A DNA stretch of 63,145 nt, filler included, from Folioceros fuciformis (Eukaryota): the NCBI GenBank assembly GCA_049999805.1. It is 3 parts of 2 records of this genome, joined end to end, with 100 filler letters (N's around TTAATTAATTAA, not from the genome) between each part and the next. Parts side by side here need not be neighbours in the genome. Positions count along the whole stretch, not along the records: positions 31,299 to 61,222 come from JBNGIO010006165.1; 2 more parts are not named here. The stretch is one strand, 5' to 3'. Under the pieces are notes generated by a model that worked only from the letters and a program-made list of their open reading frames with translations, had not been told where the DNA came from and searched no databases. Shown here one piece after another: positions 39,836-52,806 of the stretch (position 1 is the first letter of the stretch; each line of letters starts with the position of its first letter). The position numbers and the translations under genes are program-made.

Positions 39836-41870
39836 CTACCACTGGATCTCGTCATAGCGTTTAGGCTTCGTGGCGAGCTTTCTTCTACAGATGGGACAGG
39901 CCTTGCCCAACTTTTTCCTGCGAAAGAGATTCATTGCGCATTCAAAGCAGACTTTGGCATGACCGCAGTCCACCATGTAGGCCCTGGGATGCTCGTCGTC
40001 AAATTCCTCCAGGCATACAGCACATTCAACCGACATTTCAGGCAGCCCGGGTGCTTCCTTCCTGATGACCGTTCTCGCTTCTTCAGCCTGCTTCTTGATA
40101 GTCTCCTCCTCCTCGAGCCACTTCTTCAGTACTTCCTCCTTCTCAGATCCGAACTCCTTCATGAGCTCCACTTCAGCCAGCTTATGCTGATCGATCAGCT
40201 GCATCTCCTCTTGACGGGCCTTTGCAAGCAACTCATCTTCCGCCCGACGAAGATTTTCCGCAAAATTCTGGGATTTGGCCCACATCTCCAGTTCCTTCTC
40301 GAACCGACCTCTCTGTGAGTTCTCCTCCAGCGCTTTCACCTCCCCCTGCAGAGCGCTGACTTCAGTCTCCAAATCCTTGATCTCCTTGAGTCTCTTGATC
40401 TGCGCTTGCTGCAGCTGTGCCTCGTTCTTCAGCATTCTCTGCCTCATGTCACGCTCACGCTCCGCGCTCCTCGCTTTGAATACTTTCAGCTGCGTGGTGA
40501 ACTGATCATCCAGCTCTGCCAGCTTCTTTGCAAATGCATCTTCCAGTAGTTCCCGTCTGTTCTTGAGGTTTTGCAGCTCCGCCTCCTCGCGTACCAGGAG
40601 ATCGGCGACACGCATCTTCTCGCATTGATACTGCTTATGGCTTTCTGTAAAATTGGCAACAGCAAAACTTTCCTCACGGATCTTGGCTCTATCTTGCTCT
40701 TGCTCCTGTTTAGTCCTTTTGGCATAGACATTCACCTTCTCCTCCTTGCTCTCCACAGACCAGCTCAGCAGGTGCCTATGCGGGTCAGTCTCCTCCATGT
40801 CCTCCGGCTTGGCGAAGTAGCCGAACAATTGATGAGCCACCGAAAAATCGTCCTCTATCCTTCTCCTCCTCTTCCTGGAGCAGGACAACGATTCCGGACT
40901 TCTGGAATCCTTCCATCGCAGCCATTCTTCCCGTCCCTGCCTATGCGATGCAAGCTTGTCCGTCAGGTGCTTGGCATGAACATATCCAGCCTCCGAAGCA
41001 GGAAAGACCATGAGATGTTTGGAGCCGCCACGGACACGAACTTGAAGTATTTTGTCATACTTGAGGTCCTGGAGATGATGCTCAAGGCGTTGCTCGATGT
41101 GAGGTGGCAGATCGGACTCCCCCTTGGAGTCGGCAATGATAACCGTGGGAGGCCAGACAATGGAATCATCAGGTTTCTCCGGACGCAACGTCCGTCCTCC
41201 ATCGATCTTGCCGGCCTGGCGTTCACGCACTCCGAGGACCTCTAGAAGCGCTCTGTGGTATCCTCGATGCTGATGCTGCCTCTTCTTCTTGAACTTGTCG
41301 GCATGGTTGATCAGAGCAGTCCATCCTTTGAAGCGCTGCGTTGTCGGACAAATGTGGCACACAGTTTGCTCCCGGTCTCCGATCACCCGAGGCTTCTCAT
41401 CCCCGCAAACCTCACGGACGAATTTCTGCAGCCTCGGCAGCCAGTACTGATACGCCCTCTCCCGAATCAAGCGCACTTTGTCGTCGTCTTCACTGTCGTA
41501 CTCCTCCTCGTCGTCCTCCCCCTCTTCCCGGCCTTCCTTCACTTCCCCTTCCTCCTCCTCGACATTGTAGACGCCAAGCCAACGACAGTCCTCCATTCGC
41601 ACCTCCGCCGCAGCTGCAGCCGGAGACGCTGCATCCGAGTCTCGCTGATCAGCAACTGCCTTGCGCGTATCAGGTGCTTTTTCAATTGGAAGAGGATCAG
41701 TCGACTGGGAACGAGAAAAGGGGGCAACGCCTTCCCCAGGATGCAGATCCCTGTCTCGTTGCCATTTCCGGACCCGATCCCTGGTGGACTCATCTCTAAC
41801 CTGGTAGGCCTTCCCACTGCCGTCATTGTGCTGCAACGTCTTGTGGTGATGCCGTTCCTTATTATAGTCT
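39836..41870 (-). CDS. SGS3-like protein (acidic-zf-XS-XS-coiled coil) with C-terminal C3HC4 RING; short 5' exon probably near 41995-42045
   Basis: YDSEDDD acidic tract; CHIC..LINHA..HRGYHRALLEVL (zf-XS); IVWPPTVII, GYVHAKHL..GREEW, QLFGYFAKPEDM (SGS3 XS core); long E/K-rich coiled coil; CAVC..CGH..CFEC..CPICR RING. Confidence 0.85.
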
Positions 41871-43835
41871 ACCAGGTGGAGCGTGGAGGATCTGTAGGGC
41901 TGACAGTTGGCCCCAGGTGAGTGTTAACATCTGCGGGATCCACGAGAAGGCTTTCCCCCACTGCTGTTCTTATTACCTCCCCATGGCTGCGCTTACCCCT
42001 GTCTGCAGGGTCTACCATCCTGCGAGGGAGGCTGTATTCCATGAAGATAATTGGACAGCTCGAAGACAGGCAAAGAGGGGAACACGCTCCACAACCTCAA
42101 CGTCCTTGGAAATGCAAGAAGGATGGGAGGGAGGCGTGGGATGCTAACAGGCGGAGCAGAAGCCGTTTGTGGTACATGCATGCATCAAATCGGAGATCTG
42201 CAATCGTATTCACGCGTTGTGTGTTACAGGGTCATGAAGGCATTCATGGATGAAACGCGGGCGGTCCGTGTCTTGACTTTATTTTTTGAACAAGAAGTTA
42301 GAAGCAACCCTAATGGCCCGTTCCCGCGTCTTGGTGTTTCCTTGGCAGAAGAAATGCAACCCCGGGAAGTGGTGGCAGGGTGCCAGAGGCACTGGCAGCA
42401 GTGACTATTCTGCTGACACTTGATGCGATGCGTTGGAGTGAAGTAAGGAGGAGAAGGAGGGGTACATTTGCCCCCGGACGAATGGATGTAATGTGGTCCG
42501 AGGTGCAGCATGAGCAATTACTCCCTTTACTGTGTGACACTTGGATGCCCATGGCATCTCCGATTGCCGTGGAGAGAGGGATCCAAGGCGCGTGCGCGGG
42601 ATCCCACCAAGCTGGCTGCCTCTGGCCCCTGCAGGCTCTGCCCTCTGTCTCTGCCGCTGCCGCTGCCTCTGCCCCCTGCCTCTCTGCCTCATCAGAGCCT
42701 GGACCGGGCCCGGAGTCGTGAGCCTCTATGTACGTACAGGCGAGCGTACATGATAGCCTGGGCTGGCCCCTGGGCCTGGTCCCTGGGTCCCTTGCTGCAT
42801 CAGGGCTGAGGTCAGCATTGCATTGAAGCACAAAGCGTGTGGCAGGTACCATGGTCATAAATTTCGCGTTACCCTGTTGCCCACATACGTATGTATGTTG
42901 TACTTGGCGGTGCGTTGTCTTGTGTCACCACCTACGCTACCTACCGACTACCCCACACCCTCTCATTATGACATATATAATAATTATGAAGCGAGGCAGC
43001 GAGCGGCTATGGCTGTCCTTGCTTGCATCTTGTGGCTCCACCGATCGATCGCTGTACGTGATACAAGAGAGAGAGAGAGAGGAAGAAGCGGCAAGCCTGT
43101 CCCACAGTCAGCCCTACTCGTAAACCGGTCAAACTGAGCTCCCCACGGAGCCACGACCCACCTCGACCGGAAACATTTCCGTACCCAAACCCACCCGCTG
43201 CCGCCGCGTACCAGACGCGTGCCAAAATCCAAAAATCAAAATAAATAAATCGTCCCAGCCCACGCAAACAGTACATGGACACAGATTGCAGCTGCTGCAC
43301 AGCCCAGCACAAAGAAGCACAACAGCAAAGCAAAGAACCTCGCAGCAAAGCGCAGACAGTTGTTTTCAGTGTCGGATCTTGATGAGAGGAAAAGAGGGCA
43401 GGCCAGGCCAGGCAGGGCGGGGCGGGCAGGGGTGTGTGATCCGGCCACTGCGTAGGCCAGAACAACAAAGCCAGCAATGCCGTCCTCCACTATCCACGAC
43501 CTTCCTTTCCTTCCCTCCTTCCTGCCGCCCATGATTTAAAGAATTTTCTTAATAAAAGTACATAAGATCGCTTCTGATGCTCCCCTCGCAGCAGTTTCCA
43601 CCACAAACAGGCCTCCTGGTTCAATCCAGAAAGCCGTCATCTGCCCGGCCTTAGGTCTATGGTACACCAAAATTGGATTGTCCCTAAAGGAGCTCACAAG
43701 CATCCATCTACTTCACAACGATTGGAAGGATAACTACCAACTAGCATCGCTTCCAAGCGTTTCTGCCGGCAAGCCTACAAGGCCTGCCCTGTGCTCTACC
43801 CCCTCTCCTTCCCACCCCCCCTTTGGATGGCTTCA

Positions 43836-46379
43836 TCATAGCGTCGACTCATCCTCTAAAATCTGCTTGTCGTAGATAGCCATGGCTTGCTCGTGTCCTT
43901 GCAACTCACAAGGTGCCCCCGAAGCCCCACCTGACCCAGCCACTCCTTGCTCGGCCTCCTCCATCGTCACCTCTGACTGTCCCTGCCCACCTACTGCCCC
44001 TGATGAATTCGGGTCTGCATCAGTTTCCCCTTGATAGTCCTGGCTCCCATCTCCGTCAGGATCTGTCCCATGGTCATTATCATTCTCATGTTCTTCATGC
44101 TCGTTGTCGTGCTCCTCGTTCTCATGCTCCTCCTCATTCTCCTGCTCATTGTCATTGTCCTGCTCGTGATCATGCTCCTGCTCCTGCTCCTGCGCTTGCT
44201 CCAGCTCTTGCTCTTGCTCATGCTCATGCTCATGCTCACCTCTCGCTTCTTCCCCAGCAGCACTACCAGTTGCGGTGGTTCCTCCATTATCAGCCTGATT
44301 CCTGACCCTTTCTCGGTAATCCCTCATTTCCACTCTATACCTCTCCTTGTCCTTCACTCCACGTTCTTGCCAGGGCTACAATCACTCATCAAACAAACAC
44401 AACATTGAGGATGTGAACAAGGTATACACCAACATGCACAGGAAGACGAAACCACCTGGACTCACCCATTTTTCGTCCTCCGTCATCTTGTTCCACAGAT
44501 CTCCAATCATCCTACTAATCTCTCTATCTTTCGTGGGATGCTCCAATTTCAGTTCCGCCCTTTTCTCGGCAAAGAAGAAGTTATACCCTGTTCTATTGGG
44601 CCTTGGAGCATCCGGATCCTTCTTTGGCATCTCATCTTTTCTTCTCCTCTTCCTCCTAGTTCGTATCTCAGAGCCTTGTCCGTTGGCATCAGCAGTTATG
44701 CTGCTCATGAGATGGGGCACTGTCGCGAATTGCACTCCCTTACTGTTGTTGGGCACATGATACAGAACACCACTTAACTTCTCGTCACCCAGATGTACAG
44801 TCACCAGGTAGCCATGCTCAAACTTTCCAGTAATGGCCCCCGTCACAACACTGCCAACAGACGCCGCTGGATCAACTGCAGGGCAACGGTCAGTTGAATG
44901 TCAGACTAGCCAAGGCCTTGGGATTCACAATTCCTCAAACCACACGGACTTGGAGGCATACCTGAAGGTTCTTGGGGTGCAAGAGACTTCCGCTTCCTAG
45001 TTTTCTTAACGGGTGGCTCAAGACCGTCGGAGCCGTGATCGGCAGACCCAGGAGTTTCCATGTCAACTGAGACGGAGCACAACCCCCCACAATTAGAACG
45101 ATAAAGCTCGACATACAAATGACCGGCCTGAGAGCATTGAGCGGCTTCTTACCGGACGCACCCACAGGACCTGTCTTTCCAAGAAAATGTATTTCTTCGT
45201 ATCGTAAAAGAAGGTTGTTGTAAGTCTTCCGAAGCACATAGGAAGCACTTGTAGTCGAACGAGGAAGACCGAACGTGATCGTGACCACTTTCCATTTCCT
45301 CTCCTTGGTTACCTACACAATGAGCAGCTTCCCACAGCTTCAGCGTGTAATCAGACCACTAAAACGACAGCACGGCCTGGCACCTTTTTCATGAAAAGAC
45401 AACTGCATGCCTACAACGGCCGTATCTTCCCATGTGCACAAACGCCAGCCCTAAAAACCCCACCTTGGCCAGGCCTCCTCGAGCCGTCACCTCCACGTAC
45501 AACTTGTGCAAGTCCAAATCCTTGCCACCGATCTTTGGCACCCTGCGGCAGGCAGGTCATAGGGTTGATGAGCCTAAAGCAAGGTAATATGGGCGGCTTT
45601 TGGTCCACCCCAGTACGCCCCCCCACGGGAGCGGGGAGAGAAAAAAAAAAGATGCGAACCTGAAATCAAGCAAAACAGCCTCGAGATGCTACTCCAAAGG
45701 GTAGAAGAATCCTTTGAAGGAGAATCAAAGGTGACGGCACATGACCTAGAAAAGATACTCGAGAAGGTTGGTCTGCTATCGCGCGCCTGAGAATCGAGGC
45801 AAGACCCGGAATTGAGGACGCCAGTGCAGGCACCCATAGTTCAAGAAATCAGACTGCTGGCCAAAGAGCGGGAGGGAGGAGGGGAGGGGAGAAGCGAGGG
45901 CGGGTGGGAGTGTGCACAGACTAGGGTTCATTGAGCATGGTAGGATGCTCCCGGGAGCATCTGCGATAAATTTGTAGAAGCTGGAGGCCCCAATTGCAAG
46001 CCAAGAGATTGAGAGAAGAGATGCAAGAAAAGCATGTGGAGAACAAGAGCACAAGGGATGCAAAGAGAACTCACGAGAATTTGGTCCGGTAGGCCGCGTG
46101 ACATTTTTTGAGAGTTTCCCAGAAGAGCTCCGACTCGTTGACAATGTCCTCGTGCTTGGCGAGGGGCGCGATGTAGTGTATGCCATACTGTGTGGGCGTG
46201 ATGAGGGGAGCAGGAGGAGGCGTAGGCGTGGGCGTGGGCGTGGGCGTGGGAGTGAGACTGGCAGTGGGAGCTGCCTGTGCAAGAGGGGTGACGGCAGTTC
46301 CATTTTGCAAGGGGGTATGGACAGCTGCAGCTGGGGAGGAGCAAGGGGGCGTTGACGACATGACAAGCTTGGCCGACAT
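43836..46379 (-). CDS. ARID-HMG box protein (HMGB9/10/15-like), multi-exon
   Basis: ARID: VPKIGGKDLDLHKLYVEVTARGG, TTSASYVLRKTYNNLL; GAITGKFEHGYLVTV..LSGVLYH; HMG box: DPDAPRPNRTGYNFFFAE..REISRMIGDLW..KDKERYRVEM; acidic/His-rich tail. Confidence 0.92.
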
Positions 46380-48092
46380 TGGCAATGCCGAGCTAAGGCG
46401 GGCCCGGGAAAATTTTTCCCAATTGAGAGTGCGGCAACACGGAGATGACAACACACAAGAGTCTTGACAGAGCGAGGGAAGGAAAAGGGAAGTGATGCAG
46501 CCGGATACAGCAACGCTAAATCTGGTGCACCCTCCTACCTACAAGAATAGCAAGAAAGACGCATAGCGAGGGGGAAGAGGGCGAGAGTCAAAAAAAAAAA
46601 AAAAAGGGGTGCGCAATCAGGAAGCCATGGCAGGTGCATTCGCGGGTACCAGCCTTGGCAAGATTAATCCACAATTAAGGCAGCAGCCCCGCTGAGTCTC
46701 CGGGCGTGGAGAGGCTGCCGCCCAGGCAGCGCCGCCCTAACCCGGAATTAGCAGGACATTAGGCACAACCCCAACGTGCGACGGATTAGCAAATGCAGGA
46801 GGTGGTGATGGCGGAGGGACGGAGCAGCGGAAGCAGCAAGCAGGACGAGACGGCAGAAGCAACACGGCAGCAAGGCAGCAGGAGCAGCAGCAGGAGTCCC
46901 TGCAGCAGCAGCAGGAGTCCCTACAGCAGCAGCAGCAGCAGCAATTTGCAGAGGAGGACGCAGCTGCAGCAGGCTCAGCACAGCACAGGACGGGCCAGGG
47001 GAGACCAGGCCCATGGAGCTGCCGCGGCTGGCAACCAAGCACACCCGCACACAGGCACACACACACACACACACGAAGCAGTCTTCCCCCGCAGGCCAGC
47101 AATCAAGAGCAACTCGCGCGAGATGGCGCCATTGAGCGATCGGAAGAAAGATCGAGCCACGCAGCCTAGAGAGAAGACCACTCTACTGCAGCCTGCGCAA
47201 CCCGACCCGGTTTCGTCCCGTGGCGGGCTGCCCTGACCTGCCCTGGCCACCCCTGGCCTGTCCTGCCCATCCCGTCCCGTCCCGTTCCTCACACTCCTCC
47301 TCGTCAGGAGAGAGAGAACAGCGAGCGAGCGTGCCACTTACCGCCATGTCTTAAAGAGAGATCAGGTTGGATGAGCGCGGATCGTGACCAGAGGCCGACA
47401 GACGTGGACAGACGCACCCCGCCGAACTGATTCCCTCCCTCCTCCTGCTTCTCCTTTCCCCACACGTAATACGCCACCCACATTTAGTACATACGTCCCT
47501 GTAAACACCTTTTCTTACTCTCACACGTATACACCTCAAAGCCAAAGCAGGGAGTAAACATATCTTCATTTGCACCGCAGGTTGATTCACATCAATCAAT
47601 AACCCATTATTTTATTTTATTTTAATTTAGGGTTATCCACCCCCTTCATCTTTGTTGAACTGAACAAGATCAAGGTGGGTCTTAATCACAAAGTGCATCT
47701 CTTCTCCCTCATGTAACTGATGTCCATGGTTCTTCCACGGGCTTTCCAAAGTTTCCTTCAAGGAATGTTAGTGATTCAAATGGAAGATAGATGGAAGTAC
47801 CATTCGAGGATGAAGGGATAACATATGAATTGAAAGCTGATTGTAAATAGGTATCCCTTGTCGTTTCACTTATTATATGTTTTAAAATTATCAACAACTG
47901 GAAAATTTATGCTTCTCCAAACCTTTGGATAGGTAAGTAAACGCCAACACTTGATTTGGCTGACCCAGGTCTAAGAGGAACTCAGCCCGTCACGACAGGC
48001 CGGAAAGGTAGCCGGTTGCGTGGCCGGCGGCGACTGCTTCCGCCTCGAAGCCCATTGCACAGATTTACATCACATTTCATGCGACAGCAGCG

Positions 48093-50278
48093 ATGACGAG
48101 AGGAGGGCAAGCGTATTTGAAGGAGACGCTGGATAAACTTGCTGCGAAAATACGCGCGGGGAGCTACTATGAGGCCCAACAGATGTATAAAACCGTACAT
48201 GCCAGGTGCGTCGGATGGCCTTGAGAGGTTTCGTGTTCTGTCTTTGATTGCAAGCTTGAACGATGTGAGATGGATTGCCACTCTCCGTTTTTGAACTCAT
48301 TGCTTCTTCACCTGCCGTTGCAGGTATGTGGCGGCACAGAAGTACGAGGATGCCTTAGATCTGGTCCAGTCTGGTGCTTGTATGCAGCTCAAGCATGGGC
48401 AGGTAGTTCTTCCTTCCTGCTAGCTGCTTTACCTTGTACCCTACATGTTGCTGCAGCAAATTAAACTAAGGGGCTTTAGCAGGTGACGTGTGGAGTAGAG
48501 CTAGGGGTGTTGCTTGTGGACACTCTGGTGAAAGCCAGGGTTCCCTTCGGGAGCTCATCACTCGGTCAGTTCCTATTTGGAGGACTGTGTTTTTTATTGT
48601 TGGCACAGCACCCGATGTGGTCAGCAGCTTTTATGCTGTGCACTGGGTGTTGATAAATTCTGGCTGGTCCTCCCTCAGAGCGCATCAAAAATGTGTTCCA
48701 TGCATTCCCCTGTCTGTCCAAAGAGGAGTTGAAGTCGAAAGTGGAATCCGAGGCTGGTGCAGAAGAGCAGATTGCTGTGAAGACCAGAGTCGATGGATGC
48801 GTAAAGTTTGTAAGGGCGGCGCTCAAGTATACTTTCTTTTGTTTGAACTGCTAGAGGCTTCCTAGTCCTGAAATTTGTCATGGTGCTTCATTGTACAACA
48901 ATTGTGTTGTTAGACCTTGGGTCGTTCGATTAGGGAGTGGTTGACTCTGTGCTCACTGCTTTCTGACTTGCTGCTTGCGCAACTGCAGGTGGTCACTTGA
49001 TATGGGGGACTCACGAAGAGGAAACCCCGAGTTGCATGACTTGATTGCCCTGTATATTTGGGAGCAGTCATATAAACCGGTGAGTGGGCAGTGAGGAGGA
49101 ATCACGTATGTTGGTGGCCGTTGTGCCACAGGATGTGCAATTGTAGCCCAGACTTCTCGTGTGGTGGCACTCGTATTGTAAAGGTCAATCTGAGGTCTAA
49201 CGTGGATTGGATGCAGGATTTCGGCAAGGCATCACAGCATTTCATCCGAGGTAGTCGCCCAGACGTTTTCGCAGCTGCTCTGGTTGATTGCATGACACAG
49301 GTATTTATTGCTCCTGACTGTTTAGCAAATTTCTGTTTGTGTTTGCATACGTCTGAAAGGGGAGGAAGGAGGTTACACCAGGATATCAGTTTTTGAAGAC
49401 TGCAGATGAGATGGTTTACGTTAGAGTTACATGTATAGAGGCTTGTGGATTCCATCCTCTCTTATCGTTGGCCCTGTGGGCGGTTTCTAAGTTTCCCTTG
49501 GGATACTGTTGCTGCCAGTGCTTTCCAGGAGAAGCAGACCTGGTGATTGCTCGAGGCATTTTACAGTATGTGAATGTGCACCCCCTCTTTCTTACGGTTC
49601 TTCATTCTTGGGCTGAGGAGGTGATGCGCGGTTGTAGTTTTCCTTAAGTTTCTCATTTGCTCTTCACCTCCAGGTACCTTGCGCTAGGAAACTTGAGAGA
49701 CGCAAATCTACTGTGGGATGAGGTTAAGCGACAGAGTAACGTTGAGAAGCAATCCCTCGAGTTCCCGGATACTCCACTCATGAACTTCATCAAATTCTTG
49801 CTTCTCACGTACGACTGAGCCTTGTTTGTTTGATAGTGAGCTTTGAGGGTATGTGACAATCTTGAGACTTTCAGTGACTGATACAAGTTTGTTCAGGCTT
49901 GAGCGAGATGCTGTGCTGCTGTTTCGGATGCTTCGACAGAATTACAAGGCAAGTTTGGATCGTGATCCGACTTTTGACGAGGTGAGCCTCCAGCACGGAT
50001 CTTCAACCTTGTGCTTCGTACTGCCCTTAGTTCTGTACTATTTTAGTATTGAAGGTCTTTCCCTATTTCTTGGACAGTACTTGGATGAAATTGGAGGGCA
50101 TTTCTATGGGCTACGGAAGAGATCTGGTGTGCAGGGCATGATCGGGGATCTATTGAAGGTATGCTTGCGTGACGAGTGTCCACGATCTTCCCATATACTG
50201 CGTGGAGGACGTTTTGTCCCCTTCTCACCTGGTTAAGTTTTATGGCTGCACGCGCAGATGTTTGCGGGCGAAGGCTAG
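48093..50278 (+). CDS. GET4: Golgi-to-ER traffic protein 4 homolog, multi-exon (fragmented in the ORF track)
   Basis: MTRGGQAYLKETLDKLAAKIRAGSYYEAQQMYKTVHARY; GNPELHD; EADLVIARGILQYLALGNLRDAN; DTPLMNFIKFLL; LERDA..YKASLDRDP; GMIGDLLKMFAGEG*. Confidence 0.9.
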
Positions 50279-50300
50279 CGACCTTTACCAGTTTTTGCAC

Positions 50301-50490
50301 AGCTAGCTTAGCCAGGTATTTGACCTGTCAGGTTCTTAGAACGTGGTTATCGATTTTAGAGCACGATCATACTGAAGATTTGCGACTTGCACAGATGTCT
50401 AAATCCTACAGCTGACGAGATAGCTTAGCTGACCGGTGTTCGATCTGTCAGGTTCTTAGAACGCTGTTATCAATTTTAGATCACGATCAT
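50301..50490. repeat. Diverged direct repeat (~70 bp x2) 3' of GET4
   Basis: tagcttagc..ctgtcaggttcttagaacg..gttatc.attttaga.cacgatcat occurs twice. Confidence 0.75.
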
Positions 50491-50897
50491 TTGACGACTC
50501 TAGATGCAGCTCTAGCACTCGTTGCAAAAAGTATTTACCAACTAGTTTGTTCACCCAGTAGTTGAGGACTGCAGCGGAACTTAACTATTTTTAACTAGAC
50601 CAACGACTTATGTATCCAAGATGAATGCTGTGTGAAACAATGTATCTCCATCGTGTGCAGCCGAGGGGTCTAGAATGGGGCTGCCTGCCTAGAGATGTCG
50701 AGCCGGAAGCGGGTGGTGTGAAGCCTCTAGAAAGGATGATGTGAAGCCTCTAGAAAACCACCCAGCAGTAGAGAATTGCGGGGTCACAGCCAGCTCGGCG
50801 CTGGCTGCCCTGCGAAAGCTACAGCATATACAGCTGTAGTGTCCAAAAATGTGTCTCGCTTACTCGTGAAATGTTGCCGCAGATGCCACCGTCTCCT

Positions 50898-52806
50898 TCA
50901 TGTTCCCCAACTTATCACCAGGAGCAGCATGAGGCATATTAAGCCGGCGGCATGGCTGCTGACCTGAGTTGAGCTGATACCTGCAGACGGGCGTTTATCC
51001 GGGACCCTGTTGACAACAAGCGAAAAGAATTCAGAGTCAAAAGTGTGCCAAGAAGCCAGAATCCTGTAGTACTGGAGGTAATGAAGCGATGCTTACGATG
51101 ATTGGTATGTGCATCCTGGGTAGCCTGCACAATTGCGCAACAAGAATGGAAGAAGTGAGAACAAACAAAGGAGCAAATTCCTGGTAGCAAGGACGGCAGG
51201 AAGAAAGGAAGAAAAGAAAGGCAAATTGTTGGTTTCTTACTGGGGTCGTTGGTGGTGATAACGGCTGTGCCCCCGAAATCGCAGGTTCCGCTCGCCGTCA
51301 GCTTCTTCTGGTAGTAGTCGTTGTAGGCATAGGAGGCGTGGTCGAAGACAGTGTCGGGGAGGTAGCAGGGCTGGCCAGGCTGGATGGCGGTGCAGTTGGC
51401 CTCTCCCTGGCCGCAAGCCCAGTTGAGCCCAGGCAGGAGAGCCTGGTCGCCCACGGATCTCTTGGCGATGCACCACGTCCTGTTCGCTGTGACATTAAAC
51501 ACCACCCCGTTCCCGGTGAGGTCAATGCTGTAGACGGCGGTCTGGTTGGGATAGAAGAAGCCCCAATTCCTGTTAGACGCCGCCCCCTGCTGGCCGTCCT
51601 CGTTGAAGAGCTCGTAGATGAAGGCCTGGATCTCCTGGCCCCGGCGGGCCGGGGTGCCTCCTCCCTTGATCACATGTGTGACCAGGTTCTGGTTGTAGCT
51701 CTGGGCGTTCTGCACGGTGGCGCCGCTCTCGGTGGTGTCGCCCCTGCTTGGCCATCCCGTCTTGAGCACCACCACCCGCAGGTTGCTGAAGTTGGCAGCG
51801 CCCAGAGCCGCGTATACGGCGTCCAGCACAGCGTCGAAGACGTTGGCGTAGTGCAGGTTGGTGATGGTATCGTTCACCCCCACGTTGGGCAGGAAGAGGC
51901 AGTAGTTGAGGGGGATGGCGTTGGCGCCCTGCTGGAACAGGTAGAAAGGCTGCAGGTTGAGCATGAAGTAGGAGCGAGTGTCGGCGAGGAACTGCAGCAC
52001 CGGGTTGAGGTAGAGGGAGAGCAGCGTCTGGTTGAAGGCGCCCATGGATGGCGGGAAGGAGTTGGTGAGGACGGCCGTGGAGTGGGGCGTGGAGATGGCC
52101 ACTTGTGACGACAGGCTGGCGTTCTTCAGAGCAGCGTAGAGGTTGTTCATGGCCGACAGCACAAAGTTGAAGGCGTTGGAGCCGTCGGAGCGGGTGAAGA
52201 CCTCCTCGCCCACGGCGATGGCCGTGATGTTCACCCCGGAGGTGATATGGCGCACCACATTGTTGTTGATCCAGGTGGTGGCCGCCACTGTGCTCTGTCC
52301 CAGTCCCTCCACCTCGCTGTTCTGCACCGAGATGACGATCTGCAGCCCCGAGCCCGCGAACGCCTCCACCTGCCCCGCGTCCGATCCGTACAGCCTCACG
52401 TGTTTCACCCCGAGATTCTTCAGCAGGAGAGCCGCCGCCGCTGGCGATGCTGAGGCATTCGGGTTGGCAAAGTTCGAGCCATAGCTCACGCCGATGTAGC
52501 CCCCTGTAGAGCAGCAGCCATGCAGCAAATTGCAGCCCACATTCTTCAGCGAAAGCAGCTGCAGACGCTTCCGACTTGAGGGAACACACACTGCCCCCAA
52601 TGACCAGCAAACTCAAAGCCAAGCTAGCGCAACAAGCAAGCGAGTCCCCCACAGAAGCTGTGCAAACCGATACAGGAAGGTGGGCAGGCTGCAATTGCAG
52701 GCCCGGGGAGAAAGGAACCTGCTGGCAAGACGCAGAGGGCCGCGACCGAGAGCAGCGCGAGGAGAGCTGCCGTAAACGTTCCTCCGGGAGGCCGCCTGAT
52801 CACCAT
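50898..52806 (-). CDS. GH17 beta-1,3-glucanase-like protein + X8 (CBM43) + GPI signal; probable pseudoenzyme
   Basis: Signal-peptide exon MVIRRPPGGTFTAALLALLSVAALCVLPA; IGVSYG, VRLY, IAVGEE, SFPPS.G.F, YANVFDAVLDA; X8 WCIAK..LNWACGQG..CYLPDTV..HASYAYNDYY..CDFGG; hydrophobic C-terminus LICLMLLLVISWGT*. Confidence 0.92.

Noticed and set aside
46737-47337. Ser-, Cys- or Ala-rich ORFs upstream of ARID-HMG
   Set aside because: Produced by (CAG)n and (CA)n microsatellites in a leader/promoter region; no recognisable domain.
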